Shown in pieces: positions 63,125 to 64,000 of a DNA stretch of 64,000 bases. Positions within the stretch are counted from its first letter, which is position 1. Each line of letters opens with the position of its first letter. The DNA is from Longimicrobiales bacterium (GTDB lineage: Bacteria; Gemmatimonadota; Gemmatimonadetes; Longimicrobiales; Gaopeijiaceae). Below the pieces are notes generated by a model, which did not search any database, had not been told where the DNA came from, and saw nothing but the letters and a program-made list of their open reading frames with translations. A program made the translations under genes and the position numbers. The DNA is taken from positions 1-64,000 of the forward strand of contig CBDCKN010000017.1 of NCBI GenBank assembly GCA_965218295.1, in the 5' to 3' direction.

Positions 63125-64000
63125 ATGACCGTACAGGAACACGATCTCATCGCAGTGGGTGGCGGAACCGCCGGCCTCGTCTCCGCTGCAGGGGCCGCCT
63201 ATCTGGGTGTTCGCCCCGCCCTCGTCGAGCGGGCCGCCCTGGGGGGAGACTGCCTGTGGACCGGATGCGTGCCGTCCAAGGCCCTCCTGGCGTCGGCAAG
63301 GCTGGCCCACGCCATGCGCAACGCCGAGTCCCTGGGGCTCAAAGGGGCCACCCCAACCCAGGTGTTCTACAGCGTCATGGAGCGCATGCGCCGGGCTAGG
63401 GCCAGGGTCGCTCACCACGACGACCCCGAGCGCTTTCGCAAGATGGGAGTCCACGTCTACTTCGGCACCGCCCGGTTCATCGGAGCCGACACCCTGGACG
63501 TAGAGGGCGTGGGCGCCCTCAAGTCGAAGCACATCATCGTGGCGACAGGTGCGCGACCGGCGATCCCCCCGATCCCGGGTCTCGAGGAGGCAGGCTACCA
63601 GACGCACGAGACGATCTTCGATCTCGAGCGCTATCCCCAGAGAGTGGGAATCCTCGGAGGCGGACCCATCGGGCTCGAGTTCTCGCAGGTGTTCAGCCGT
63701 TTGGGTTCCGAGGTCGTCGTGCTCGAGATGCTCGATCGCATCCTTCCGAGCGAGGACCCCGACGTAGCCGAGGCCCTACTCGGGATCCTGAGACGTGAAG
63801 GCATAGACATAGAGCTCGGCTCGCGCGTCGTCGCCGTTCAGGTCGAGGGCGTTAGCAAGGTGATCCTCACGGAGGACGGGCGCCGCTTCCCCGTCGACGA
63901 GATCCTGGTGGCCACCGGAAGGCAGCCCATTACCCAAGGACTCGATCTGGAACGTGCAGGGATCGAGCAGGACGGCGCGGCGGTTCGCGTCGACTCCACG
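63125..64000 (+). CDS. Pyridine nucleotide-disulfide oxidoreductase (mercuric reductase/lipoamide dehydrogenase-like), truncated by the window end
   Basis: Read manually: MTVQEHDLIAVGGGTAG...LGGDCLWTGCVPSK...ATGARP...LGGGPIGLE; absent from the ORF track because there is no stop in the window. Confidence 0.9.
   Translation, partial: MTVQEHDLIAVGGGTAGLVSAAGAAYLGVRPALVERAALGGDCLWTGCVPSKALLASARLAHAMRNAESLGLKGATPTQVFYSVMERMRRARARVAHHDDPERFRKMGVHVYFGTARFIGADTLDVEGVGALKSKHIIVATGARPAIPPIPGLEEAGYQTHETIFDLERYPQRVGILGGGPIGLEFSQVFSRLGSEVVVLEMLDRILPSEDPDVAEALLGILRREGIDIELGSRVVAVQVEGVSKVILTEDGRRFPVDEILVATGRQPITQGLDLERAGIEQDGAAVRVDST

Overview
This is a GC-rich (roughly two-thirds GC by eye) bacterial core-genome region. 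Gene content and order (dnaX-ybaB-recR-hyp-mglA-pgsA-cinA, bshB1, rpsF/rpsR-DUF2232-rplI-rsfS, a GWxTD-like protein) suggest Gemmatimonadota; this is inference, not verified. It holds about 50 mostly housekeeping genes (pntA2/pntB, TolC/MFP/ABC efflux set, iscS-mnmA, grpE-dnaJ, dnaX, smc, rplI, hppA, pth, rplY, prs, ispE, pdxJ, hflX, rarA, cca, alaS, recA), SRP RNA and tRNA-Gln(TTG). No transposase, phage or CRISPR was seen. Most notable: (1) an in-frame rpsF-rpsR (S6-S18) fusion under an S6:S18-type leader; (2) five copies of a modular, hairpin-rich, CTAG-bounded MITE-like element with interchangeable ends, mostly sitting on stop codons; (3) two tandem paralogs with a degenerate MinD/BY-kinase-like domain, linker, TM and SPOR-like domains, one overlapping smc; (4) a CGAA-N7-CGAR motif shared upstream of recA and a HIRAN gene (candidate SOS box); (5) an SRP RNA lacking the GNRA tetraloop; (6) widespread decay, including mglA P-loop changes with mglB missing and lesions in aroF, yraN, gmhA and a creatininase-family gene.
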